From a virus (taxonomy: Duplodnaviria; Caudoviricetes), in IMG/VR virus record IMGVR_UViG_3300025530_000048, positions 1 to 25,476 of that record: a stretch of 25,476 nt of DNA; one strand, written 5' to 3'. The notes under the pieces are model-generated. The model worked only from the letters and a program-made list of their open reading frames with translations, ran no database searches and was not told the DNA's origin. Position numbers and translations under genes: made by a program. How positions within the stretch are numbered: the stretch's first letter is position 1; each line of letters opens with the position of its first letter. Shown here in pieces: positions 1 to 7,838 of this stretch.

Positions 1-469
1 TGGGCTTTTTTAAACTGAGAGCATCTACCGCCTCTTGCAAAGTAGGATAATCAGACGGGATGTTAATTTTCAAATATTCGGATTGCGTTGTTTCCGCCTT
101 ATGCGCAGCAAACTGAGCTTGCATATCCCGTGTTACATCTCCAGCTACGTTAATCTCGCGCTGCGGTGTGTAACTTGGATCAACAGTGCGGACATCCTCA
201 AGTTCATTTTTATTAGATGTCAGTTGCGCCTGCATATCTCTAGTTACATCTCCAGCTACGTTAATCTCGCGCTGCGGTGTGTAGCTCGGATCCAAATTGC
301 GGATATCTACCAACTCCGGGTCTTTATCCGGTCCGCCTCCAACGATGATATTATCAACCCGATCATCTACAGCTTTAATCTCATCCACCATTGTATCAAA
401 GTTGGAGTTTATTTTATCTGTGCCCTGACGGAGATTGTCAGTGTATGTGATTTTTTTGATTTCTGCCAT
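1..469 (-). CDS. Tail spike/fibre-like protein, 5' part (runs off the window)
   Basis: Not in the ORF track; translated by hand from ATG 469 (GAGGTGA upstream): MAEIKKITYTDNLRQGTDKINSNFD...INIPSDYPTLQEAVDALSLKKP, no stop in the window. PSDYPTLQEAVDA resembles the N-terminal cap of parallel beta-helix proteins; the gene lies directly after Dit. Confidence 0.75.
   Translation of the reverse strand, partial: MAEIKKITYTDNLRQGTDKINSNFDTMVDEIKAVDDRVDNIIVGGGPDKDPELVDIRNLDPSYTPQREINVAGDVTRDMQAQLTSNKNELEDVRTVDPSYTPQREINVAGDVTRDMQAQFAAHKAETTQSEYLKINIPSDYPTLQEAVDALSLKKP
113..306. repeat. 111-bp-period in-frame tandem duplication (37 aa) in the tail spike gene
   Basis: 132-172 and 243-283 are identical over 41 bp; the protein has DPSYTPQREINVAGDVTRDMQAQ twice. 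Confidence 0.95.
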
Positions 470-480
470 CCATCTTCACC

Positions 481-1293
481 TCACAAATACTGCTCTTGCA
501 AAATGACTTGCATTGTACAACTAAGCCCCACGCCAGTTATCGACATCTCATTGTCTCCCTGGTATAACTCGATAAAATCACCATCAAAGTTTGGTAGTCC
601 ATTGTCACCATCAGCAGTAACCGTCATGTGTTGGCCATCGATCACCCATAACTTGCCTGCTAGATCACTGATCCTAAACGACTTACCATTTGCGCTTACG
701 GATACGTTTTTTCCTACGCCGGAAAGTATAATTTTGGGGCGCACAGATAGGCTTCCGCTGCCGACCGTAACAGTGTGTGTAGTGTTGCCTGTTACGTCTA
801 TCACTTCGCCCCCGGTATATCCCATTGGATAATCAGCCTCAAACGTGATTATCTCTGATCCCCAAGTAACCTCATCATTGGTAACCTCGGAGTAAGCAAA
901 CGGATCAGCAGCTATTAAGGGCAGCGAAAACAACCCCGTGCCCATGATCCGTTGGATATCAAACGCCCCATAATACCGAACGTTGAAATACTGGTTGGGA
1001 CGTTCAGCAACTTTAAGTCGCATCAACCTAGGCCGGCCGTGTCGATCGACAAGATGCGCTGCAATACCCTGTACTACGCGTTGCAGCTCTTTATAATTGC
1101 GAGTAATAACTGCACAATCATAAACAAAAAGGCGCGAGTTGAGATCTGCGCCGAAGTCGTATATACCATGTCTTCCTGCTATTGATAGTGTGCGATCAAC
1201 CGTACTAGGCAAGCCGGGGCGCTTGCTAGTCCCGCGGACGATAAAGCCTAGATCGACATTCGACTTATCATCTAACCAAATTTGCGGTTTCAC
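481..1293 (-). CDS. Distal tail protein (Dit, Sipho_tail family)
   Basis: 270 aa directly after TMP; 'SIAGRHGIYDFG', 'LPLIAADPFAYS' and 'FIELYQGDNEMSI' are typical Dit motifs. Confidence 0.85.
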   Translation of the reverse strand: MKPQIWLDDKSNVDLGFIVRGTSKRPGLPSTVDRTLSIAGRHGIYDFGADLNSRLFVYDCAVITRNYKELQRVVQGIAAHLVDRHGRPRLMRLKVAERPNQYFNVRYYGAFDIQRIMGTGLFSLPLIAADPFAYSEVTNDEVTWGSEIITFEADYPMGYTGGEVIDVTGNTTHTVTVGSGSLSVRPKIILSGVGKNVSVSANGKSFRISDLAGKLWVIDGQHMTVTADGDNGLPNFDGDFIELYQGDNEMSITGVGLSCTMQVILQEQYL

Positions 1294-4200
1294 AGAGCAC
1301 CCCTCCTTGCTTGTTCTGCCATGTTCCAGATTTCTCTTGCCAGCAGCTCAATGTCATGATCATTTCGGACGATGATATGAGCGCCAGAAAACAGCCCTTC
1401 AAAGTTGATCGTGCTTGTAGTCGGTACCGCTGCAACTGTCGCTCCTGGAGTAACTGCACCAACTTGGATATTGGATGCTGCAACATTGAGCTGTGCAACC
1501 TGTCTCCTCACATCCCCAATGCTGTCTTGGATACCAAGCGCCAATCCCTCGCCGATGTTTTCGCCGTACTCTCTCATCAACCTGGACGGAGATGCGATAC
1601 CAAAAAACTGCTTGATGCTGTCTCCTATCCCCTGGGCAATGCTTTTGGCTTTTTCCCAAACCTTATTTGCCATGCTGCCGATACCATCAACTAAACCCTG
1701 CATCATGTCTTTACCAACTTGGGCAAGGTTGAGATTTTTGAAAAAGTCTATGACTTTATTCCAGATGTTTTTCACCCAGTCGTAGGCCCTATTCATCCCA
1801 TTTCTAACAGCATCAACAACACCGTTGACTCGATCGCTAACCCAGTTCTTCACGCTGTTCCATGCGTTCTTTGTCCATTCAACGATGTTATTCCAAACAG
1901 TTCTGATATCATTTCCGAGCTTTTGCCAGCGATTGAGGACCTCGCCCGTCTCCCAGTTGACAGCATTGATATGCTCATTGGCCCGCTTCTTCGCTTCGTC
2001 TACAACACGTTTGTGCATTTCCTCGGCTCGTTTAATCGTCTCATCTCGTTGCCTTTGAGCTTCCGCGATGAGCTTGTCGGCTTGCTCAGCTGAAATAGTA
2101 CCAAGCTCATCACGCTGGCGGATGATATTGCGGAGCACGTCATTATACTGCTCCTCTGCCGCGCGAATCGTTTCGTCGCGTTGTTTTATGCTGTTTTGTA
2201 CTACCTCAGCCGCTTGCCTAGCTGTCAGGTCATTTGCATTTTCCAGCATCCGTTCCAAGATGATTCTTTGCTCGATCTCATTCTCCGACAGCATCTCAAT
2301 ACCAGCCTGGAGCATCTCCTGCTGGATGCGATTGATCTCAGCCGCTTCTTCCTGCGTCAACCCTCTTTTTTCTTCGGACGCCCGGCGCAGGATCTCCTCG
2401 ATGTGCGCCTGCCCTTCTTCTACTGCAAGTCTCTGATTTTCCTGTGCCTGCTGCACGCTGGCCAGAATCTCCGCCTGTTCCTCTTCGGTCAGACCTTGAG
2501 CGTTTGCGAAAAACTCCTGCATGGATGCGAGTTCTTCTGCGTGCTTGGTCTCCATCGACGCAAGGATTTGGTCGCCCATGCTGTTAAATGTGCCAACGAT
2601 GTTGTCGGCCATCTCCTGCGTGACGGCTTGGCCGCTCCAGGCAAGTTGATTGAGTGCGACAGTTGCTTGGTCATTCAAGTCCATAAAGGCGCCTACAGCT
2701 TCCTGCGTCGCCTTAGACACCTCATCGCTAAACCGTTCGACCGCAGGTATGGCTTCTTCGGACATGTGTTTGTGGAGTGCAATACCACCCGCCACAAGAG
2801 CAGATATGCCCGCGATGATCAGGCCTATGGGTCCCATCGCAAACTTAATGGCTGTTCCTAGTGCTCCCACTGCGACAGATACACCTTCTATCGCGGGCAC
2901 CACTTTAATAACAAGAGGTAAGAGCTTTCCAATCCCGGATGTCAACGTGCCAAGCACCATTAACAATGGGCCTATCGCTGCAGCTATACCTGCTATGGCT
3001 ACGATCGTTGTCTGAGTTTCTGTGCTCAGGTTTGCAAACCAGGTAACGATCGGCTTGACTGCCTCAACCAGCGACACCAACACCGGCACAAGAATATTAC
3101 CGATCTCTATAGCGAGGTCGGCAAGCTGGTTTTTAGCCATTGCGAGTTTTGATTCAGTTGTCGCATACCGCTGTGCGACCTCATTTTGGAGGGCGGAGTT
3201 TTCCTTCCATGCTTCCGTAGATGTTGCAATGGCGTCCCGTAACACATCGCTTGCCCCGGCCAAGCGCAGGAGTGTGTCGGATTCGCGGATTCCGCTGATG
3301 CCCAAGTCATTAAGGATAAGCGTCAGGTTTTCGCCAGCTGCACTCGACGCCGCCAATCCATCGACAAAGGCTTGCAACGCAACTGCAGGATCTGCGCTAA
3401 ACGCAGCGGCAAACTCCTCAGCCGACATCCGAGCAACCGCGGCAAATTTTTCGAGGTCTTCGCCCGCCAGAGATACAGCCGTCTGCATCTTTTTAAGCGT
3501 CGTGCTCATTGCAGTACCGCCGGCTTCCGCCTCAATGCCAACCGATGACATGGCGGCGGCGAGAGCCATGATCTGCGCCTCTGTCATGCCGATCTGCGCA
3601 CCCTGGCCGGCGAGACGCAGTCCCATCGCCACGATCTCCGCCTCGGTTGTCGCCAGCGAGTTGCCCAGAGCTACCACAGACGATCCAAGACGGTCAAAAT
3701 CGTTTTGCGACATGCCTACAATGTTCGCAAACCGAGCAAACTGTGTGGCGCCCTCCTCGGCTGTAAGGTTGGTTGCTTCGCCGAGTCCGATCATGGTCTC
3801 GGTAAACTTCAGGATGTTCTCTGTCTGGATACCGAGCTGCCCCGCCGCCTCTGCGACAGCCGCGATATCAGTTGCCGACGCCGGCATGCGCTTCGACATG
3901 TCGCGAATTCCTTGCTCCAGCTGAGCAAATTCTTCTTCCGTAGCATCGACCGTCTTGCGGACGCCAGCAAACGCGGACTCAAAATCAATAGCCGCTTTAG
4001 TAGCAGCAACCCCGATCCCGGCGATAGGAGCCGTTACGCCTATTGTTAACTTCTTACCTACATCGGTGATTTTTTCGCCGGCTTTTTTCATCTTCTCGCC
4101 AGCTTCTTCGAGCCTCTTGCCAAGCGACTGGATTTCAGGGCTTGTGCTCTTAAGTTGCTTCTCCAGCCTCTTCAACTCTTGCTCAGTCTTGGCTACCTCA

Positions 4201-4502
4201 CGCTGGAAAGCCCGATACTGCCCTTCGCTGATCTCCCCGCGCTGGAATTGCTCATTTACCTGCTCCTGTACTAGTCGCAGTCGATTCAGCTTTTCTTGTG
4301 TATTTTCAACCGCATCACTCAGTAGCTTTTGTTTCTGTGCTAACAACTCCGTATTAGTCGGATCAAACTTGAGTAATCGCTCAACCTGTCTGAGTTCGCT
4401 TTGGATATCTCTCGCGTGTTTATTGACGTCGCTCAGTGCCTTGGCTAAACCCGTTGTGTCAGATCCAATGACAACGTTAATCCCGCGTATGGTTTGGGCC
4501 AA
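1290..4502 (-). CDS. Tape measure protein (TP901-type core)
   Basis: ~1070 aa, Ala-rich and helical; 'AAIDFESAFAGVRKT' core, Trp-periodic C-terminal region, 'FGIASPSRLM' end motif. Start placed at TTG 4502 (MAQTIRGINVVIG), 6 nt after AAAGGCAGGTG; the ORF track uses GTG 4511, which lies inside that RBS. Confidence 0.95.
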   Translation of the reverse strand: MAQTIRGINVVIGSDTTGLAKALSDVNKHARDIQSELRQVERLLKFDPTNTELLAQKQKLLSDAVENTQEKLNRLRLVQEQVNEQFQRGEISEGQYRAFQREVAKTEQELKRLEKQLKSTSPEIQSLGKRLEEAGEKMKKAGEKITDVGKKLTIGVTAPIAGIGVAATKAAIDFESAFAGVRKTVDATEEEFAQLEQGIRDMSKRMPASATDIAAVAEAAGQLGIQTENILKFTETMIGLGEATNLTAEEGATQFARFANIVGMSQNDFDRLGSSVVALGNSLATTEAEIVAMGLRLAGQGAQIGMTEAQIMALAAAMSSVGIEAEAGGTAMSTTLKKMQTAVSLAGEDLEKFAAVARMSAEEFAAAFSADPAVALQAFVDGLAASSAAGENLTLILNDLGISGIRESDTLLRLAGASDVLRDAIATSTEAWKENSALQNEVAQRYATTESKLAMAKNQLADLAIEIGNILVPVLVSLVEAVKPIVTWFANLSTETQTTIVAIAGIAAAIGPLLMVLGTLTSGIGKLLPLVIKVVPAIEGVSVAVGALGTAIKFAMGPIGLIIAGISALVAGGIALHKHMSEEAIPAVERFSDEVSKATQEAVGAFMDLNDQATVALNQLAWSGQAVTQEMADNIVGTFNSMGDQILASMETKHAEELASMQEFFANAQGLTEEEQAEILASVQQAQENQRLAVEEGQAHIEEILRRASEEKRGLTQEEAAEINRIQQEMLQAGIEMLSENEIEQRIILERMLENANDLTARQAAEVVQNSIKQRDETIRAAEEQYNDVLRNIIRQRDELGTISAEQADKLIAEAQRQRDETIKRAEEMHKRVVDEAKKRANEHINAVNWETGEVLNRWQKLGNDIRTVWNNIVEWTKNAWNSVKNWVSDRVNGVVDAVRNGMNRAYDWVKNIWNKVIDFFKNLNLAQVGKDMMQGLVDGIGSMANKVWEKAKSIAQGIGDSIKQFFGIASPSRLMREYGENIGEGLALGIQDSIGDVRRQVAQLNVAASNIQVGAVTPGATVAAVPTTSTINFEGLFSGAHIIVRNDHDIELLAREIWNMAEQARRGAL

Positions 4503-4507
4503 ACAAA

Positions 4508-4543
4508 ACACCTGCCTTTCTCAATATCGAAAAAGGCAGGCGC
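4508..4543 (-). promoter_or_regulatory. 16-bp stem-loop sequestering the TMP RBS (translational repressor or terminator)
   Basis: mRNA GCGCCUGCCUUUUUCG-AUAU-UGAGAAAGGCAGGUGU pairs fully (4 G-U); the 3' arm contains the RBS and is followed by UUUGUUUG. Confidence 0.8.
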
Positions 4544-4548
4544 TTGGC

Positions 4549-4689
4549 TCACTCTGCTTGGTGGCTCTGGCTCTGTCCTTGGATATTCACCTTCACAATC
4601 TGTTTGCAACGCTGACACTTTATCTCCAAGTCAGCGGACCGAGCAAAAAACAGTGTCTGCCCACAATTAGGACATCGTACTTTCTGCAT
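4549..4689 (-). CDS. com: Mu Com-family zinc-finger protein (46 aa)
   Basis: MQKVRCPNCGQTLFFARSADLEIKCQRCKQIVKV matches the Com pattern RCxxCxxxLF...EIxCxRC; ATG 4689 follows GGAGGGAG. Confidence 0.8.
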   Translation of the reverse strand: MQKVRCPNCGQTLFFARSADLEIKCQRCKQIVKVNIQGQSQSHQAE

Positions 4690-4999
4690 GTTTTTCTCCC
4701 TCCAATTCAGTTCGGAGGCGGAGGCGATCCATCTCATTCTTAATCTCTGCCTTCTTGTTTTCTATCTGCATCATAATTCCTTTTAAGGCTTTCCCTTTTG
4801 CACGCTTCCCTCTACTCAACAATTTTTGTTGCTCTCGTTGTAACTTTCGAATCTTGTCGTTTTGATAATAACCGTAAAACTCGCCGCAATACGGGCAAGT
4901 AAAGCCCACTGCTTCGATGTCATCCCAGACATGGACTTTGCCGATCTCGATTAACACAAACTCTTGCCGGCATCCCTTATTGCATTTAACCCTTTGCAA
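4667..4999 (-). CDS. Hypothetical zinc-ribbon plus basic coiled-coil protein (110 aa)
   Basis: TTG 4999 after GGGGTGAGG; CNKGC...FTCPYCG followed by a K/R/E/Q-rich helix; overlaps the com start. Confidence 0.7.
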   Translation of the reverse strand: MQRVKCNKGCRQEFVLIEIGKVHVWDDIEAVGFTCPYCGEFYGYYQNDKIRKLQREQQKLLSRGKRAKGKALKGIMMQIENKKAEIKNEMDRLRLRTELEGEKHAESTMS

Positions 5000-5003
5000 G
5001 GCC

Positions 5004-5240
5004 TCACCCCCGGAAAAAGGCGTCAATGTCCGCCTGCGTTGCCTCGCGCGGCTCGTCAGGATCATCTCCTAAATACGCATGGGCGATGTCAAAAAAGTCT
5101 TGCAACGTCAAAAGATCAAGCTCATGCAAGGACATTCCGAAACGCATTGCCGCGGATATGATGTTAACGTCTGTACGATCGCAACGATTATCTGCGCTTC
5201 CTTTGGGCCGCCGGTGCCACGGTTTTTGGACTACGAAAAA
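5004..5240 (-). CDS. Tail assembly chaperone C-terminal ('T') frame, probably reached by frameshift
   Basis: Open +1 frame overlapping the chaperone 3' end: DRTDVNIISAAMRFGMSLHELDLLTLQDFFD...REATQADIDAFF; no clear RBS of its own. Confidence 0.65.
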   Translation of the reverse strand, partial: FFVVQKPWHRRPKGSADNRCDRTDVNIISAAMRFGMSLHELDLLTLQDFFDIAHAYLGDDPDEPREATQADIDAFFRG

Positions 5241-5592
5241 AGGCTCTTTGCGCTTCCGCGAAAACCGTTTGCAGCAGTTCCCCATTCAAAAGATCTAGTT
5301 CCTCATTTTCTTGCAACCAAACATCAAACGAAGGAAAATTCCCAGTAGGTCCTGCTGCCGTCCGCGCCAAGGTCCAAATTAAACGTAGCAAGGAAACGGA
5401 ATCAAAGGCCGCCAAATTCATGTCCTCCGGATCTACTCTGCCTATCTTTAGGGCTTCTGCGCTGACCATTGAAGTGATCATTTTAGTCAAATCCCCGAGC
5501 AGATCCCTACCAAACTCCTGCTGATAATAAAGGAGGCTCAGGTTAGATCCCCTGAGCCTTACAGTCTTGTCGCCAACATTGATTTCCTGCAT
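5188..5592 (-). CDS. Tail assembly chaperone (G-like)
   Basis: 134 aa between major tail protein and TMP; 'LLYYQQEFGRDLLGD' is typical; AAGGAGG RBS. Confidence 0.8.
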   Translation of the reverse strand: MQEINVGDKTVRLRGSNLSLLYYQQEFGRDLLGDLTKMITSMVSAEALKIGRVDPEDMNLAAFDSVSLLRLIWTLARTAAGPTGNFPSFDVWLQENEELDLLNGELLQTVFAEAQRAFFRSPKTVAPAAQRKRR

Positions 5593-5603
5593 GGTCTACC
5601 TCC

Positions 5604-6188
5604 TTAGATTTCCGGCGTAAATGTCGGTGTGTAGACCGACGTGAAGAAGGAATTATATACATCCGCGTTAGTGTCATTCAGCTCGATATCACCTTTAACC
5701 ACAATCTTGCCATTGATTTCGATTGGACTGATTGTGATGTTGAGTACGTCTGTAGCAGGCGTGATCGATTCGCTCTGTGTCGTCCGCTCCTTGGCTGGGC
5801 GAGCCGCTACGCAGTCGTAATAGACAAATCGACGGTTGCGTTTGTCGCCTTGCACTTGCCCCAGTAGAGCGAAGTGTTTAGGCATCGCATCTGCAATCTC
5901 GATGATCGTCCCGTTGTCGTCAATCTCCCAGCCCAACATCTCGGCAAGCACTTCGTCCGGTACGTTTGCGAGTTCAAGCTCTCCTGTGTAACCGTTATTG
6001 GCGGTGTAGGAAAAATAGAGTTGGTTGTCAGCGTAGAAGTTAGTAGCTTCCCCCACGGCTGTAGGCGTCCAGCGCACTGCACCAGGAATGCGAATAGGAG
6101 TTTTCCAAGCGGGTTGCTCAGCCGCCTGATCATCAAAAAACGCGATGTGTACATCGCGCAGACCAAACGTCACTTTATTTTGAGACAT
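5604..6188 (-). CDS. Major tail protein (phi13 family)
   Basis: MSQNKVTFGLRDVHIA...FYADN...NNGYTGELE; start moved to ATG 6188 after GGAGG. Confidence 0.92.
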   Translation of the reverse strand: MSQNKVTFGLRDVHIAFFDDQAAEQPAWKTPIRIPGAVRWTPTAVGEATNFYADNQLYFSYTANNGYTGELELANVPDEVLAEMLGWEIDDNGTIIEIADAMPKHFALLGQVQGDKRNRRFVYYDCVAARPAKERTTQSESITPATDVLNITISPIEINGKIVVKGDIELNDTNADVYNSFFTSVYTPTFTPEI

Positions 6189-6192
6189 TCTA

Positions 6193-6513
6193 TCAACCTC
6201 CAATGATTTGGATTTCATAAATGACTTGGTGAAGTTTTTCGGAATCAAGGTAAGCTTCAACCTTGGAATAAGGGATCCCGAGTTCTTTTAATTTTTCCTG
6301 CACCTTACCTTCCGCGACCAGATCCTTTTGAGTTGTGTAAAGCTCGATTTGATAGTTGCCGATCTCGGAGTAGTTAATATTGTCAGCTATCAAGTCATTT
6401 GAGTAAGCAAATGAATATACCAGATAAGGAGGGGATGGCTCTGAGTTAAATTTTGCGTATGCTATCGGATAGCCAATTTCTCTCAGCTCCTGCAAAAGCT
6501 CTGCCAATGTCAA
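6193..6513 (-). CDS. Putative tail terminator/completion protein
   Basis: 106 aa; position before the major tail gene; 'PPYLVY...ADN...YQIELYT' pattern. Confidence 0.75.
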   Translation of the reverse strand: MTLAELLQELREIGYPIAYAKFNSEPSPPYLVYSFAYSNDLIADNINYSEIGNYQIELYTTQKDLVAEGKVQEKLKELGIPYSKVEAYLDSEKLHQVIYEIQIIGG

Positions 6514-6519
6514 CCCGCA

Positions 6520-6903
6520 TCACCCTCCGTTTTTGATAATAGACTGGATCCGGCGCATCATCTCAGGTTCGGTGCGATCATAGTTAGGTCGGATATGTGG
6601 TCTACCTGGGACTCGCCCCCCGCCCCGCTTCGCATGGCCAAACTCCAGTAAGTGAGCGATACTGCCTTTACGGCGGTTATAGATGACATAGCGGACTTCG
6701 CCGCCGGAGCTGATCTTTTTTCTTGTCCATCCCTTAGCATATTCCCCGGTTCGTTTCGGCGAGTCTCTGCTTATATCTTTCCTGAGATTCTTTGATGTCG
6801 TGTCGAGCTCTCTTTCAATGGCTGCAGTCACATCTTCGGTGTAATCGCGAACGGCCTGCGTGATCTCGGCGGCCAGGTTGTCGATACTAACGGTTTTTGC
6901 CAT
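6520..6903 (-). CDS. HK97 gp10-family tail completion protein
   Basis: 'SPKRTGEYAKGW', 'HLLEFGHAKRGGGRV.GRPHIRP'. Confidence 0.88.
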   Translation of the reverse strand: MAKTVSIDNLAAEITQAVRDYTEDVTAAIERELDTTSKNLRKDISRDSPKRTGEYAKGWTRKKISSGGEVRYVIYNRRKGSIAHLLEFGHAKRGGGRVPGRPHIRPNYDRTEPEMMRRIQSIIKNGG

Positions 6904-6909
6904 CGCCGA

Positions 6910-7284
6910 TCACACCCTTCCTTCGGCGATAATTGTAAACGTCTCGTTTAGTTCGTCGTCGTTGATAATACTTTTTACATCGTATTTCTTTCCTTTGTAC
7001 CTCAACTCGATCCGAGTTCCATGCTCGCAAAATAGATCATCGAGAGGTTTTGAGTACCGTACTACAAACCGGGTAATATGCACGGTATTGGTCTGAGCAG
7101 CGGCCGCATACTCTGAGCCTTTCAGCGTTTTCACCATGGCCCATACCGTGCAAATCTCGCCAAACGTTTCAATCTCATTGCCGATCTCATCTTGGGTGAT
7201 CATCGGTCCCCAGATGGAGACGCGCTTGTTAAACCGTCCGCTATGGCTGTTGGCATTGTATCTATTCGGCTTCATCATCATCAC
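6910..7284 (-). CDS. Head closure protein (SPP1 gp16-like)
   Basis: 'GRFNKRVSI...QDEIGN...VWAMVK...RFVVRY...KKYDVKSI'; start ambiguous among four tandem ATGs. Confidence 0.85.
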   Translation of the reverse strand: MMMMKPNRYNANSHSGRFNKRVSIWGPMITQDEIGNEIETFGEICTVWAMVKTLKGSEYAAAAQTNTVHITRFVVRYSKPLDDLFCEHGTRIELRYKGKKYDVKSIINDDELNETFTIIAEGRV

Positions 7285-7552
7285 TCGTTCCCAGAGCTTT
7301 TGCCATCATCAGATTATTGATCTGGGTCAAAAAGTTGGTGTGAAAATACTCGAGTGCATCGTTATAGGCATAACGAGCACGCTCGAACACCAATTCCTTG
7401 AATACAGGATCGCCTAGATCGTAATCCCCGCAAATTCGGATGAGATCAGCATAGGATGCTTCAAGAATGCGCTGCAGGTTGCCGTCTTCTTCGTCATCAA
7501 GGTGCATTCGGAGCATGAACTCCTCCACGATATCCGGAGTGATTTGAGACAT
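7262..7552 (-). CDS. Head-tail connector (gp6/gp15-like)
   Basis: 'KELVFERARYAYNDALEYF' motif and position. Confidence 0.82.
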   Translation of the reverse strand: MSQITPDIVEEFMLRMHLDDEEDGNLQRILEASYADLIRICGDYDLGDPVFKELVFERARYAYNDALEYFHTNFLTQINNLMMAKALGTSDDDEAE

Positions 7553-7557
7553 CTAAT

Positions 7558-7779
7558 TCACCCCTCATCAGAGTCGCTATCCTCACCGGCTGTTTCCTCG
7601 TTTTCCCCTTCGTCTGCGACTTCTTCGATGTAAATCTTGCCGTATTTGTTTTTTGTGGTAGACAACTCTTCCAAGCGCTTTTTCGTCGTCTTGAATCCCT
7701 CGGCAGGATACTCATCACCGACGTTGTAAATGTGCCCATCATGCTTCAAATCTTTAAATCTGCGCACTACCCGATACAT
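7558..7779 (-). CDS. Small conserved phage protein after the capsid gene (acidic tail)
   Basis: MYRVVRRFKDLKHDGHIYNVGDEYP...RLEELST; AGGAGG RBS. Confidence 0.75.
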   Translation of the reverse strand: MYRVVRRFKDLKHDGHIYNVGDEYPAEGFKTTKKRLEELSTTKNKYGKIYIEEVADEGENEETAGEDSDSDEG

Positions 7780-7808
7780 TTAGTACTAACACCTCCTATA
7801 TGGGGATG

Positions 7809-7838
7809 AAAAAGAGACTCCCGATTAAGGAGTCTCTT
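7809..7838 (-). terminator. Intrinsic terminator overlapping the capsid stop codon
   Basis: AAGAGACTCC-TTAATCG-GGAGTCTCTT followed by TTTC on the minus strand. Confidence 0.75.

Noticed and set aside
113-306. Repeat pair as a CRISPR array or DGR TR/VR
   Set aside because: Only two in-frame coding copies, differences are not adenine-specific, and no cas or reverse transcriptase gene is present.
35-832. 265-aa + strand ORF with an internal repeat
   Set aside because: Antisense shadow of the tail spike and Dit genes; its repeat mirrors the minus-strand duplication.
2181-4743. Long + strand ORFs (226, 300 and 262 aa)
   Set aside because: Antisense to TMP, with no recognisable motifs.
7767-7830. 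Possible capsid C-terminal frameshift at CCT TAA
   Set aside because: The +1 frame stops at 7767 and the -1 frame stops sooner; neither fuses to the next gene, and a terminator overlaps the site.
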